A DNA stretch of 64,000 nucleotides from Lama guanicoe (Eukaryota), in assembly GCA_013239625.1 (NCBI GenBank), contig MU055549.1, positions 1,699,746 to 1,763,745 on the forward strand, written 5' to 3'. The translations under genes and the position numbers were made by a program. The notes below the pieces were generated by a model that ran no database searches, was not told the origin of the DNA, and worked only from the letters and a program-made list of their open reading frames with translations. Shown in pieces: positions 10,395 through 22,477 of this stretch (positions within the stretch are counted from its first letter, which is position 1; the number at the start of each line of letters is the position of its first letter).

Positions 10395-13300
10395 TCTGTC
10401 CCTTTGTAAAGGCAGCACATGTGGAGAATGCCTTCAGAGTGTCAGGAAAATGACCAGTCTTGCTCTGCACGTGTGCTGTGTGCAGGCTCTTTCCCAGGGG
10501 ATGGGCTCAGCAAACCCTCACCCGGACTCTGCGGCGCAGGTGACACCACTCTCTCCCACCCCGGGGACACTGGCCGTGCGGCGCAGCTGGGCCAGCTCCC
10601 GGGAGGCGGTGCGGAACCGGATCCGCTGAGGTCCTGGGCTCCCGCAGCTCTGAGGCCCCTGGGTGAGACAGGTCTTCATGGTGTGAACGCCCTACTGGCA
10701 TGCGCAGGGCAGCAGGTGCGCCTGTGAGGGGAGGGGTGTGGGACCACGAGGTCCTATGGAGGGTCGTCAGTCACCGAGACAGAGAAGGCGGGGCTGTCAG
10801 GGTGATGGGGCGACTTTACACGCGGAGGGAAGAGTGATCCCCCTGCAAGTGCCTGGGGCCGGGGGTCGGGAGGGGGGGAGACGGGGAGAGGTGAGCTTGA
10901 AGGGGTGGGGCCTGGAGCGACTCTGGAGCAGCGGCAGGAGCGCCGGGCAGGGAGGCAGGAGGGTGGCCCGGCCGCCGCCACGTCAGTTAATGACCCTACG
11001 GAAGAGACACAGTCAGTTCTGTGTTTTGAAAAGGCACCTGTGGCTCAAGTGTGGAGATAAACCAGAGGGGATGGGGCTGCAGGAGCCTGATCTGGGGAAG
11101 GCGCAGCCGTCCTGAAGTCTCAGTGAGGATCTGCGGGCCCTGGGAGGTCACGTTCCCCGGCCCAAGGCCCTGGGCTCGGAGTCCCGGCGTCGGTGGAGGT
11201 GCTGCCCCAGAGAGCCCGGCTCTGCGTTCTCAGGGGACCGTGAGGCCCTGCAGGGAAGGGGGCTGGCAGCCTCCAGCACGGGGCGCCCCGCACGCTCCCT
11301 GGGAGAATGAGCTCATGGACACGGCCGTGGCTGGACGTCAGCGTCTCGTCAGGAAGCAGAGGGCGGCCTCCTGCATGCTGGAGTGGGGACCGGCCACCAC
11401 CACCCCAGCCTGCAGGGGATTTCTTGCTGCCCCCTGTGTAGCTGCAGTGACGGGGACAGCTGTGAAAGCTGCAAGGTGCGTGCGCACTGCTGCGGGAAGT
11501 CCTTCTTATGACTCAGCAGCTGAAGTTCAGAATGAGCCGACATCTCCTGCGCATGTTCCGCAGCCTCCGTAGCGGGCCCCCTCCGTCCTCGGCAGCCGCC
11601 CTCCGCGGGGAGCGGTGCCCGGGCTGGCGGCGGCGGGCGTGGTCCGGGCAGGTGCGGCTGCCCTTGCTCCCTAGGGTTCCTCTCTCAGCCGGGGCCCCAC
11701 CCCCACCCCCAGCGACGCCCTGATTCTGAAAACTCAACTTCCCCTCTCGCCTGCGGGGCCGATCCCACAAGGGCAGGCACCGCCCTGCCTGGTGGCCAGG
11801 GGCTAGGCCCCAGCGCTCGCACAGGGATGGGCACAGCTGGACCCTGTTCTGCTGAGGCGTGTTCAGTGCAGCACGTTTTAAGAGCAACTACATAGGAACA
11901 CTTTTCTGAAAATGTCTGTCTCAGATATTTCTATTCTCAAACACCATGCGCGTTCGTTGGGGGGATGTACGGACCCTGTTCCAGAGGCTCTCTCCTGGGA
12001 GAGCGTTTGGGTTTTGAGGAGCTGAGTTGTCAGCTGGGTGCGTCTATCCCGGTGCGATCATTAGAGCCCCGTCTGTCCCCTGAGCATCTCGTGAACGCCT
12101 CTGCCTGGGGATTCAGGGATGGAACCCTCTCTTGGCAGGTGGTGAAGGGAAAGGCGTGTTTGCCGTGTCCATTATGAGGTCTTCAATCATCTTAATTTCA
12201 TAATGAGGAGAGACACCGCGAAGCAGGGAAACTAAAAATTGTCAGCCGGTTGATGGCGTCGCTGTCTGAATGCGTCTCTGAAGAGAAAGACGTGGGCTGA
12301 GAACAATTTCCTGTGCTTTATTACTGCCGTGGGATGTTACGAGACAGGTAAGAGGTGAGCGTAAATCGTGTCCGCCTTGAGCATCACGAGGGGCTGGGAA
12401 CAGCTGTCTGACGGTGTGAGCGCGGCTCTGCTCACTGCCTCCCAGACGCCCTCCCCACGACTTTGTTGCTGTGCAGACAGATAGGATATTGTCCTGTTTC
12501 AAGGTCAGTGAGACCTCGGGCGGCCTGTGAGGAGCAGAAGCCACCTGCTGCAGCTTTCATGGGGAAAACGCATGTTTCCAAGCAAACGGTGAAGTCTTTG
12601 AAATGCCACGGTGTGCTACAGAAAACGACAGTCCTTCGAGGGACAGCCACGTGCACCCGGGGACCCCACATGGGGCCACCGTGGCCGGAGTCCCCGAGGG
12701 AGCCCCCGCCCGGGAGTCCCCTCAGAAGTTGGAGAACCCGCTTGGACCCACTGAGCCCACTAAGCCACTTGCAGAATGGGCCCTGCAGGAGACGAACGTC
12801 AAGCAGCCGCTTGGCTGAGGTGCATTTGTTAAGCTCCCACTGCATACGCCTTACTGGAAAACGTCCTGCGAGCACAGCCCTGCCCTCAAGGGGTTTGTTA
12901 CCGTGTGTGGCCCTGGACGCTCTGGTGGAGCGTGAGTCGGGTCGGGGGGCAGTCACGCTGCTGAGCCAGCCCGGGGCCCAGCTGGGCTGGGCACGTGCAC
13001 TTGTCCCAGTCCCTTCCCACCGCGGCCCGGGTCAGCCACCCACTCCGCTCCTCCCCGTGATGGATCTGGGGTTCCACAGAGCCGGCTGCCCAGGCAGGTG
13101 CCGGCCCAGAGGGAAAGGTGGGCGGGAGGTGCCCATGAGAAGCTGCGGTCAGTCTGCCTGCCGGTTCCTGATGAAGGCGGTTGCTGCCCTGCTCCCCTCC
13201 CGCTCTCCTCATTGGCCACGCTCACTGCAGCCGTCGGGACACCGGGATGACTCAGTATGAGTGGCAGTCTGTTCTTTGGGGGGGGTGTAATGAATGTCTA

Positions 13301-14232
13301 GCTTTGATAAAATGAATATTCAAATTATTGTGCACCCACTTCCAGGAAACCATAAAAATAACAGTAAATCAGTACTTCTAAGCTGGTGCACAAAGCTAAG
13401 TGCATTCGCCCCCTCTTGCCATGAAGTAACTCGCACATCCTCGCCTGGCATGTGTGCTGGGGGGGCAGGCAGAGCTGGTCCCCCGCCTTCACGATGCCTG
13501 CAGCTCTGGGTGAGGGGTGGACCTCTGTCTGCTGGGGGCAGGTGCTGGTCCACAGTGATGCGGTGGGGTCCCAGGGCACTGCTGGAGCTTGTGTCATCAG
13601 TGTCCCTGACAGGACAGAGACACACGTCAAAACCACGCCTTCTGCTCCTCCGCTCTGTGGGAGGGGACCTGGCTGAGAGGGTCCCCAGGGCTGGGAGGGA
13701 AGTGTCTGGACTAATCGTGGCTGGTGGCCCCGTCAAGGCAGGGAGCACCTTTCATCATATGATTGGAGACAAGGACCTGGAAGGACCATCAGTCAGGGGT
13801 GGGGGGCTCGGAGCACCACAGTGGGGTCTTTGGGGTCTGTGCCCACAGCCAGGATGTATCGGGGGTCGATGGGGCCTCCCAGTTCTGGGTGAAACCTGCA
13901 ACATGTACAGATATGCGGCCAAAGCTGCAGTAAAGCGAGTCAGAGAGCAGAGGGCGCCCTGCTGAGGAGCTGGCGTCCCAGGGAAGTTTTAAGTGAAACA
14001 GCTAAACTGAAACCCGCCCTTTGCAGAACAGTTCTGTGCCAGACATGCCTGTAAATCCCCCCAAACCGAGGGGATCTGTGGACAGGCAAGGGGGATTTGC
14101 ACGAGAAGGTCGTCTTCTGAATACTGGAATCGAGGGGAGGCAGAGGGAAGGGCACCCAACACAGGTAAACCCTGCCGACTTGGGGTCCACAGGGGCAGGC
14201 GTCTAGCAGAACAACACGAGTGTTGGGGGTGG

Positions 14233-14800
14233 TGTTGCTGAATTAAGTCATATGGACCCCTGGCCTGGCCGGGGCCTCTGCCTCGGGCCGAAGGGCTCTT
14301 CTTCCACTGGGGGTGGTGCAGCCCAATAACAAAGCCAGAGCTGAGGTCAACGTGGAGCCAGCTTTATTTGGTGGCCAAAGACTGGAGAAGCAGGAGCTTG
14401 TGTTCCCAGATCAACTTCTCGCCCACGTGGCGAGAGGGATTTGATTTCAAAGAGTGAAGACGAGGGAGGAGGAGTGAGGCTCGCGATGGGGAGGCAGTTG
14501 CATCGTCTCCGTGGAAGGGACGGGGCTTTCCGAGGAGTGGGCCAGAGCCACCCACTCTTTATCCTTCCCTGGCCCATGACTTGCAGTCATAGGTGTGCCA
14601 CGTAGGAGCTGATGCAGGGAAATCAGCGTAGACCGGGACTCAGGCCTGCCGGAGGGCAGATCCGTGCCATCTCGGTTCCAGCAGCTTCCACCTGGCTTTT
14701 GTTTGTCTCTTTCCTTTCTTTGTCACCATACCCTGGGACGTCAAGATCTGTGTTAATTCCTCTCGGGGCGGGGGAGGCGCCGGGTGGGGCAGAGAAGACA
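14233..14800 (-). mobile_element. Probable solo ERV LTR relic
   Basis: Begins TGTTGCTGAATT. Contains GCTTTATTTGGTGGCCAAAG (reverse-strand AATAAA) and U5-like text. Family and right boundary uncertain. Confidence 0.4.
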
Positions 14801-17800
14801 AGTGTGGCGGGTGCCTTGAGCTGCTCACATCCAGCCAGAGCCCGATGGGGGAGCAGACACTTGGGCGAGGGAGGCGGGCGTGACCGTGGAGCTTGGGTGG
14901 ACACGCAGCCCAGCCCATGAGTTTGCGTCCTCAGCGCGTGGAAAACGTTAACAAGACCGGGAACTGGGTGCCTCCCTCAGAAAACCGCTGAATGCAAACA
15001 CCAAGAAAGGCAAACAAAGGGCCACCTCTTTAAGCAGCAGTTCAAACACACCTGCAGGAACGTGGCACTGGTCTTAGGCACCGAGCCCCGTCACTGCGCT
15101 TTCTAAAAGGAGCCGGGCGAGCGCGGACGGATCTCCTTGTTCTGGGGAGCTGGCTGTCAGGGCACAGGACAGGACGCCCTCAGAGGACAGGGAACGAAGG
15201 AGGAGCCTGTGGTCTCGAGCGCACCTGGCCCTCCCTCCTCCCCTCTGCTTATGTGCCACCAGAGACCCCAGACCCACCTCTGGTGAAGCCGCTGTATGTG
15301 CACGGCTGTCTGAAGTCACGGCCCAACCAAACAGTCGTGTTTGCAGACATAATCACCAGTTGGTAGGTTCATTGCCTGGAGGCGAATCTTTTACTAAATA
15401 GACGCAATAAACTGAAATAAACTGACGACCGTTGGCTGTGTGGACGATGTGGCTGAGCAGGGAGCGCGGCAGCTGGGCACCAGGCGAGGCTCCTGGTCAT
15501 CAGAACCTGCCGCCGACCCGGTGTTCACTCCACACCCTCTGCATCCTGAGATGAAGGCCTTTCCGTCCTCGTCGTGTCCTCACAGGTGACGCCTTCTTCC
15601 TGCTCTTTGGTAAAGATACAGAAGTTAAATGTCTAGCATTCTGTCTATTCTGCAGCCCACGGGCAGTTACAACCCCAAGGATCCTCCATTGCCAGGGAAG
15701 CCCCTGCAGGTTGAGCGTCCCTCCGGCAGAGAGGCCAGAGGCCTGGCCCACAGGGGAGGTCCTCTCCTCTCCCGTTCTTCCCTTGAGGGATGCAGCCAGT
15801 GATGGAGACCCTCGGGCTGACAGCCGGCTCTGTTCCAGTGCAAGCCTGTGGGGAGAGAAGAGCTGGGGGTCAGGAACGACCAGGCTGTCGGTGTCTGAGA
15901 GGACACCCCTGAACCCAGCACCTTAGCCCACCTGGCATCTCAGCCTGAGGCTGGATGGCCTAGGTCCCCTGCCTGTCCCACTGTCCCAGTCCCTGGGCCA
16001 CCAGGCTTTCTTTTTTTCTTTTCTGTTGAATCCTGGGAAAAGCAAACTCCAGATGCTGGTGGGTTCCAGTTTTGGAAGCAGGTGCTAGGAGGGTGTCCGT
16101 GGCCAGGGTGCCTATGAGCCCAGCAGGCCACAGAGGGACCCCCGCCCTCTCCTATAAGTACATGAGTGTGTCAGTGACCGCAGGGCCCCGTGCAGATGGC
16201 AGGCTGGGCTCTGGCAGCACAAGGGAGCAAGCCTTTCAGATGCTCCGGTCCATCCAGGGGTCCAGACTGGAGGGGGCTCGTGTTTAGCGGGATGGGCCCC
16301 AGCCAGCCCTGCCGCGGGGCTCAGGGCAGACCGCGTGGCTTTAGAGTTGGTCCTGTCTTTTTCCAGGGCCGTTCTGAGTCTTTTGAGCCTCCCTGGGTCC
16401 ACGTCTCTGGCTACAACAGGGCCATAGAAGTCCTCCTTCGTGTGGCTCTCATGGGGTGGTTCAGAGTAAAGATGCAAACAGAGCTCCTTGGCAAGTGCAG
16501 CCATCAGAGAGAGAGCAGGAGCCAGCAGTAGTGACAGAAGTGACAACCCAGGGCCCCCGTGGTCCCCACAGTGGCCGGCAGGCACACTCTCCTCTGACTG
16601 CCTTCAAGGGAAGCACACAGTTAATTACTGTTTTACTTAACAGATTGATTTTTATAAGTAATCCTTACGGGAGAGCACTGCTGGCTTACCTCTTAGCTGG
16701 CTTAGCGGCTTTTTTTTTTTTTGGCTGTACCTCTTACCTCAGTTTATTTACTCAGCTAAGGGATTCTCAGCAGTCCTTTGGGGAAAGCAAGTTATGATAA
16801 TTACTTATCAGCCAGCACGATTTATTGAGTGCTTGCTCATCTTCCAAACTCGGCTCAAAAGGCATCTCTCCCGGAGCAGCTGGTGTCCCCGGGCCCTGGT
16901 GGTCCCTGCGCACCTCCTGGCTGGCATCCGCGGGCAGCAGGGACCTGCGGGCCACTGTTTGCATCGGGGTCTCCTGTGGCATCGTCTTTCCCATTGGGGC
17001 TGTGTGCGGCCTGGCGCATGGAGATGCTTGATAAATGCCTGACCGAGGTGGGGGCCGGGGGGATGGAGACGGAGGGAGGAAGCGGCCAGCGGCTCCGCCC
17101 ACGCGGGGCTGGTGGTGACGTTGCATCGGCGGAGGGGCGGACCCCTCCTCCCACGGCGCATGTGCTGCCTCTTCAACCCGCCCAGAGCGCTGAGCTCACC
17201 TGGCTCTCGCTCCCGGCTTGGAGGCTGGAGGCTGGGGGCTGAGTCCTGCACCCGCAGAGGTGCCAGGCACAGCGCACCTGGGCCAGGTCTGGGGGCTGAT
17301 GGGGGCCTCGCGGGGATGAGACCAGGACCCCTTCTCCATCTCATCCACCAACCGCAGCAGCAGTTTCGTCCACACTGGTTATAACCTTCCATCTCCACTC
17401 ATCTCATCCACTCGATTTGTGAACTAACTGGCAGGTGGTGCATTTTTATATGTAAATGAATGAACTCAAAGCAGATTAAAAACTACCTTTCCAGGGTTTT
17501 TTTTAAGAGACAGGTAGAACTGACATTTTCCCCCCGCTTTGGTTGACTCACTGTTTTTGAGAACAGAGCCATGTGATGATGAGGCTCCTCCCACACCCTC
17601 ATCCGTGAGAAGCTCCTGCCGGGCACCTGTTTCTTTTGAATCATTGTTAGTTACTTTCTCATCCTTTGCTGAAAGGTCACCTTCATCCCGCACAGTAGAT
17701 GAAGTTCAGCTACCGAATCATCAGGTGGCCGTCCCTGAGGTCACTTGGTAAGGGGAGACGTTAAGACCCCCAGGTCTTTCATGCAGGCTTGCGCCCGCAG

Positions 17801-18459
17801 CCCTGTCTGAGCAGGGCCGACGAGCAGCTGGACTCAGTGAAAACACCTGCAGTGAAGTGAATAGAAACGGGGCGGGGCTGCGTTTACGGAGACATTTGTG
17901 CGCAGCTTCGCCGTGTACGGACGTCACAGAATGACCTCACCAGCCTGGCGCAGGCACGCCTGCCGCAGTGCTCCCCCGGTCTTGACCCTGGACGTCCCTC
18001 CTGGGACAGGCGGTACGTGCAGAAATTACCTTTGTACACAGCTGTTTGTGTCGCGTTCATTTATGACGAGCACCGCCGATTAGGATGGGCTGGGTATGTG
18101 AACATGGCAGGTTTGTGTGGCAGGTCCACGGCCTGGGATGCTGGGCTCCGATTAGCCACTGGGCTTGGGAGGGCCTTTCCATGACGAGGGGAGTTTATCC
18201 TCACGCCCCGGGGAAGGGCAGAGCATGCTGCTTGCTGGCGGCCCGTCACCAGCACAGCCGGAGCGCAGTGCTGGGCACTTCCGGTTGGTGCGTCACAGGA
18301 GATCATCAGCGTTTGGCTGCAGGACCCTGGGCACATTTTCATGTCTCATTTACTCCATTTTACACTGTCTATAACATGTTTTTATTGTTGAGTAAAACGA
18401 CATGTGTTGAAGAGTGGGGTTTTTTCTGACTTTAAATCTGTGTGTGACGATGCTAAGAC

Positions 18460-18872
18460 ACTACCACAAGCACGTGAGGATGGCTGACACCTGCAGCATC
18501 GACACCAGGTGCCAGTGGGGCTCTGCGGCCACAGGAACTCTCGTTCGTTGCTGGTGGGGACAGAAAACGGGGCCACCACTTTGGGAGACCGTGTGTCGGT
18601 TCCTCAGACAACAGAAGGCAGTCTTACCACGTCGTCCAGCTGTCACGCCGCTCAGTGTTTATCCAAATAAGCTGAGACCCTTGTCCATACAAAAACGTGC
18701 ACACACATGTTTATAGCTATTTTATTCATAATTGTAAAACCGTGAAGCACTCAGGATATCCTTCCTGTAGGTGAATGGGAAAACTGTGGTCCGTCCAGAC
18801 AATAGCATATTATTTAGTAATAAAAAGAAATGAGCTATTTTGCCATGAAAAGACACAAAGGAATAAATACAT
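18460..18872 (+). mobile_element. L1MC1-like 3' region, left part (interrupted by Tigger1)
   Basis: TGTCCATACAAAAACGTGCACACACATGTTTATAGC…AAAAAGAAATGAGCTATTTTGCCATGAAAAGACAC. Confidence 0.8.
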
Positions 18873-18874
18873 CC

Positions 18875-20226
18875 CAGCATACCTCAGAGATACCGCTGGT
18901 TCAGATCCAGACCACTGCCATGAAAGGAATGTGGCAATAAAACAGAATTCTTGGTTTCTAAATGCATATAAACGTTATGTTTACAGTAAACTGCAGCCTA
19001 CTAAGTGTGCAATAGCGTTATGTCTGCAACAGTGTACATGCCTTAGATAACTTCTTGCTAAAAAAGGTTGACTGTCATCTGGGCCTTCAGCAAGTTGAAA
19101 TCTTTTTGCTGGAGAGTCCTGCCTTGATGTTGCTGACTGATCCGAGTGGTGGCCGCTGAAGGCTGGGGTGGCAATTTCTTAAAATAAGACAACAATGAAT
19201 TCGCCACACCAATCGACTTTTTCTTTCATGAGCAATTTCTCTGTAGCACGTAATGCTGCTCGATAGCGTTTTACCCACAGTTAGAACTTCTTTCAAAATT
19301 GGAGTCAGTCTTCCCCATCCTGCTCACTGCTCTGAACACTAAGTTGCGGTCATATCCTTTGCTGTCATTTCAATAATCTTCACGGCGTCTTCACCAGGTG
19401 TAGACCCCATCCCGAGAAACCACTTTCTCTGCTCAGCCCTAAGCAGCAGCTCTTCACCCACTAAAATGTTATCGTGAAAGGGCAGCCATTCAGTCCCCTC
19501 CTCAGGCTCCACGCCTAAGTCAGCTTCTCTTGCTGTTTCCACCGAGTCTGCAGTGACTTCCTCCACGGAGGTCTTGAACCCCTCAAAGTCTTCCATGAGG
19601 GCTGGAGCCAACTTCTTCCAAAACCCTGTTAAGGTCGGTATTTTGACCTCATCCCATGCATCACAAATGCTCTTCATGGCACTTCAGATGGCGAATACTT
19701 TCCAGAAGGCTTTCAATTGACTTTGCCCAGATCCACCAGAGAAACTGCCATCTAGGGTGGCTATAGCCTTATGAAACGTATTTCTTAAATAATAAGACTC
19801 AAAAGTCAAAATGGCCTAATTCCAGTATTACTGTGTCTCAGGTGTGGGGAGGCCTAAGGAGAGAGAGAGACCGGGCAGTGGCCGGCAGGTGGGACCGTCA
19901 GAACACAGAGCATTTATGCATTAAGTCCGCCATCTTATGTGGACGCAGCTTGTGCCGCCCGAAACGATTGCCACGGCAACGTCAGATGCCACCGACCACA
20001 GGCCACAGACCGCCGCAACAAGTACAGTAACAGTGACAGTTCTGAAATACGACGAGAATCGTCAGAGTGTGACAGAGACGTGACGTGAGCAGATGCTGTT
20101 GGACAGATGGTGCCGATAGGCTGGCCCCATGCCGGGTTTCCACAGCCCTTCAGCCCTTCAACTTGTAAAGAAGGCAGTTTCCACAGTGCACAGTCAAGGG
20201 AAGTGCAGTTACACGAGGTGGCCGTG
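18875..20226 (-). mobile_element. Tigger1 (pogo/TcMar) DNA transposon, internally deleted
   Basis: TIR-like ends CAGCATACCTCAGAGATA… and …TTACACGAGGTGGCCGTG. Reverse ORF 19339-19677 (DAWDEVKIPTLTGFWKKLAPALMEDFEGFKTSVEEVTAD…EQRKWFL…STPGEDAV) and 19087-19296 (TVGKTLSSSITCYREI) match the Tigger1 transposase C-terminus. Deletion junction near 19812. Confidence 0.92.
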
Positions 20227-20640
20227 CTGCCACGTGGCAGAGGCCAGGCTGAGAAGGCTCCGTTCTGTGTGGCTCCCGCTGTGAGACCTTGTGGGAAAAG
20301 GGAAAACGTGGAGACAGAAGGCAGATTTCAGGGGTGGTGGCACGTGGGGGTGGAGATGAACAGGCAGAGCACACGGGGTTTCTAGGGCAGTGAATTCGTC
20401 CTGTGTGACGCTGTGCAGACAGACACGTGCCATTTATCGTGCATCTGGCAAAACTCATAGAATGTTCAACACAAGCAGTGTATGGTAAACTCTGGACTCT
20501 GATTAATAACGGTGTATCAGTGTTGGCTCATAAGGGGTAACACAGGGAGCGCTCAATGCACCAGGGCGATCAGAGCGGAAACCGGGTATGGGGGTGTGTG
20601 GGGCTCTCTGTGCCTCCTGCTCAACTTGCTGTGTGAAAAA
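20227..20640 (+). mobile_element. L1MC1-like 3' region, right part
   Basis: GATGAACAGGCAGAGCAC…TTTCTAGGGCAGTGAA…AAACTCATAGAATGTTCAACAC…CTCAACTTGCTGTG continues the left part. Confidence 0.8.
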
Positions 20641-21250
20641 TTAGATGTTCATCGACAGATGGCTGGATACAGATGCGGCATATATATACGATGGAGTGTT
20701 ACTCAGCCAAAAAAAGAACAAATAATGCCGTGCGCAGCAACACGGACAGACCTGGAGACGGTCACACTAAGTGAAGGAAGTCAGACAGAGGCAAACGTCA
20801 TGTGACACCACTTATACGTGGAAGGAAAAAATGACATAAATGAACTTAGTTACAGAACAGAAACAGTCACAGAAAAGAAAACAAACTTACAGTGACCAGG
20901 AAGGAGAGAAGGGTAAATCGGGAGTCGGAGATGTGCAGATACCAACTGCTATGCACAGACTAGGTAAACCACAGGGAGCTACACTCAATAGCTTGTAGTA
21001 ACTGGTAATGAAAGAGCGTATGGGGGGTGTGGCTCGGGGTGGAGCACGTGCTCATCACACACCAGGCCCTGGGTTCAATCACCAGCCCCTCCATCAACAA
21101 ATGAAGAAACAAATAAACCAATTACCCCCCAAAAAAATAAAAAAGAAAGAGATTATGGAAAAGAGTGCGTACATGTGTAACTGAACCACTGTGCTGCACA
21201 CCAGAAACTAACACAACACTGTAGATCAACTAGACTTCAATTTTTTAATG
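20641..21250 (+). mobile_element. Younger artiodactyl/camelid-type L1, ORF2 end plus 3' UTR (interrupted by SINE)
   Basis: AATAATGCCGTGCGCAGCAACACGGACAGACCTGGAGAC…CTAAGTGAAGGAAGTCAGACAGAG…ATAAATGAACTT…GCTGCACACCAGAAACTAACACAACACTGTAGATCAACTAGACTTCAA. Confidence 0.85.
21022..21144 (+). mobile_element. tRNA-derived SINE, camelid Vic-1 type
   Basis: G-rich start, degenerate A box, B box GGTTCAATC, then AAATAAACCAATTACCCCCC and A tail. Imperfect 12-bp TSD GAAAGAGCGTAT (21010-21021) / GAAAGAGATTAT (21145-21156). Confidence 0.85.
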
Positions 21251-21499
21251 TTAAAATTTTAAAAATTAAATTTAATGTTAAAAATCTGTATATGCCCATC
21301 ATAGGGCCTTTGGAAATTACAAAGAGACAAAGAGACACAATAGATCAGGCGCTGTGTCTGGACCTCAGGCTGCTCCCAGCAGAGCAGCCAGGGTGAGGAC
21401 GTGAAATGAAAGTCAGAGCACCCCCTCATTCCACCTCCTCCCACACCTGCCTCTCTGAGTGGAATCCTAGGTCAGCAATGTGCCTGTGTCCCTGAAAAC

Positions 21500-21800
21500 C
21501 TGCTCCCCCCAGTCCCTCATCTCTGCCCCTTGCCCAGCCCCTCCAGCCTCCCGGGCCTCCTTGCAGCTGCTGGAGCACACTGGCTAGGCGTGCGCCTCAG
21601 GGCCTTTGCACCCCCTTCACCTCTCCCCAACCTGCTCTTCCTCAGGTGCCAGTGTGGCTCCCTGCTTGCCTCCTGCAGGCCGTCACCTCTGCGTCCCCTT
21701 CCCAGTGAAGACCCTCCCCACAACCCCATTTAAAGCTGAAACCCACCTACCAGTTCTCGGCCCTTTTCCCTGCTTTCCTTCCCTCTAACCTGTGACATGA
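21500..21800 (+). mobile_element. L2 fragment
   Basis: CCTCAGGGCCTTTGCAC…TGCTCTTCCTCAG…TTCCCAGTGAAGACCCTCCCCACAACCCCATTTAAA. Confidence 0.6.
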
Positions 21801-22288
21801 AGCAAATCAACAAGAAAAGCTTGCACGTGTGTCTTACCCGCCTGGATGCGGGGCCCCTGTGGGCAGGCATCCCATCTGCCTGGGCCACTGCTCTGCCCTG
21901 AGGGCTAGATCACCCTCGGCGTCTAGACAGCCACATGCAGACGTGTCGAGTGAGTGACGCTGTCGTGTAGACACACAAGTGATCGCGTAATCTGCTCTGT
22001 TCGCTGAGCACCGCAGCATCAGCAGCAGCCAAGTTACTTCTCTTTCAGGCAGGCGTGTCCCCTGGTGCCTGCAAGCCTTGTAACGTCGCCCCCCCTGCAC
22101 AGGTGACATTTGGGCAGGGTGAGAGCTCATCACCTGTATTTCTGGGACAGTGGCCCCGGGCTCGGGCTTCCAAGAAAGGGGGTTACCGCACTCTTGTCTT
22201 CTGGGTGCTCGCATGTCGCGTAACGAAGTGGCATAGTCCCCAGTGGGCTCCAGGTGTGCGTGCTGACCTCCCTGTCCCTCCCCTGCAG

Positions 22289-22477
22289 GTGGCTGTCACA
22301 ACAGCCTCAAGCCAGTCAGCAGCGGCCCCACCATTGCCATCGCCGCCGCCGCCGCCGCAGCCATGATCTCCGTGGACCCGGAGGGGCTGGGGGCCCCGGC
22401 CCCCTCCAGCGTGCAGCCCTGCCACTTTCTGACGTTGGCGCCCATCAAAATACCCCTGCGGACTGCACCCTTCTCCG
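22289..22477 (+). CDS. TCERG1L: TCERG1L internal coding exon (equivalent to human exon 4), 189 nt, phase 1/1
   Basis: Branch-point-like CTGAC (22263-22267), pyrimidine tract, CAG acceptor (AG 22287-22288) and G|GTAAGA donor (GT 22478-22479). Translates (G)[62 protein letters not shown], against recalled human TCERG1[63 protein letters not shown]. This frame is not listed in the ORF track. Confidence 0.93.

Larger units (their letters stand above)
1..22288 (+). other. TCERG1L: TCERG1L intron upstream of the exon (intron 3, partial)
   Basis: No match to the preceding exon peptide (…HEKPRLLANQVAVSLSRPAP…) seen. Repeat-rich non-coding sequence ending in a canonical acceptor. Confidence 0.8.

Noticed and set aside
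19087-19677. Tigger1 transposase ORFs as a domesticated TIGD gene
   Set aside because: C-terminal fragments only, frameshifted, with the DNA-binding region and much of the DDE region deleted. This is a decayed copy.
20733-20753. Near-RE1/REST site CAGCAACACGGACAG inside the L1
   Set aside because: Mismatch at a highly conserved core C and poor flanks. Explained by GC drift of the L1 GCAGCAACATGGATGGAC segment.
21022-21100. tRNA genes here and at 35400-35475
   Set aside because: A/B-box-like motifs are present, but with an A-rich tail, a TSD (first copy) and no intact cloverleaf, so these are SINEs.
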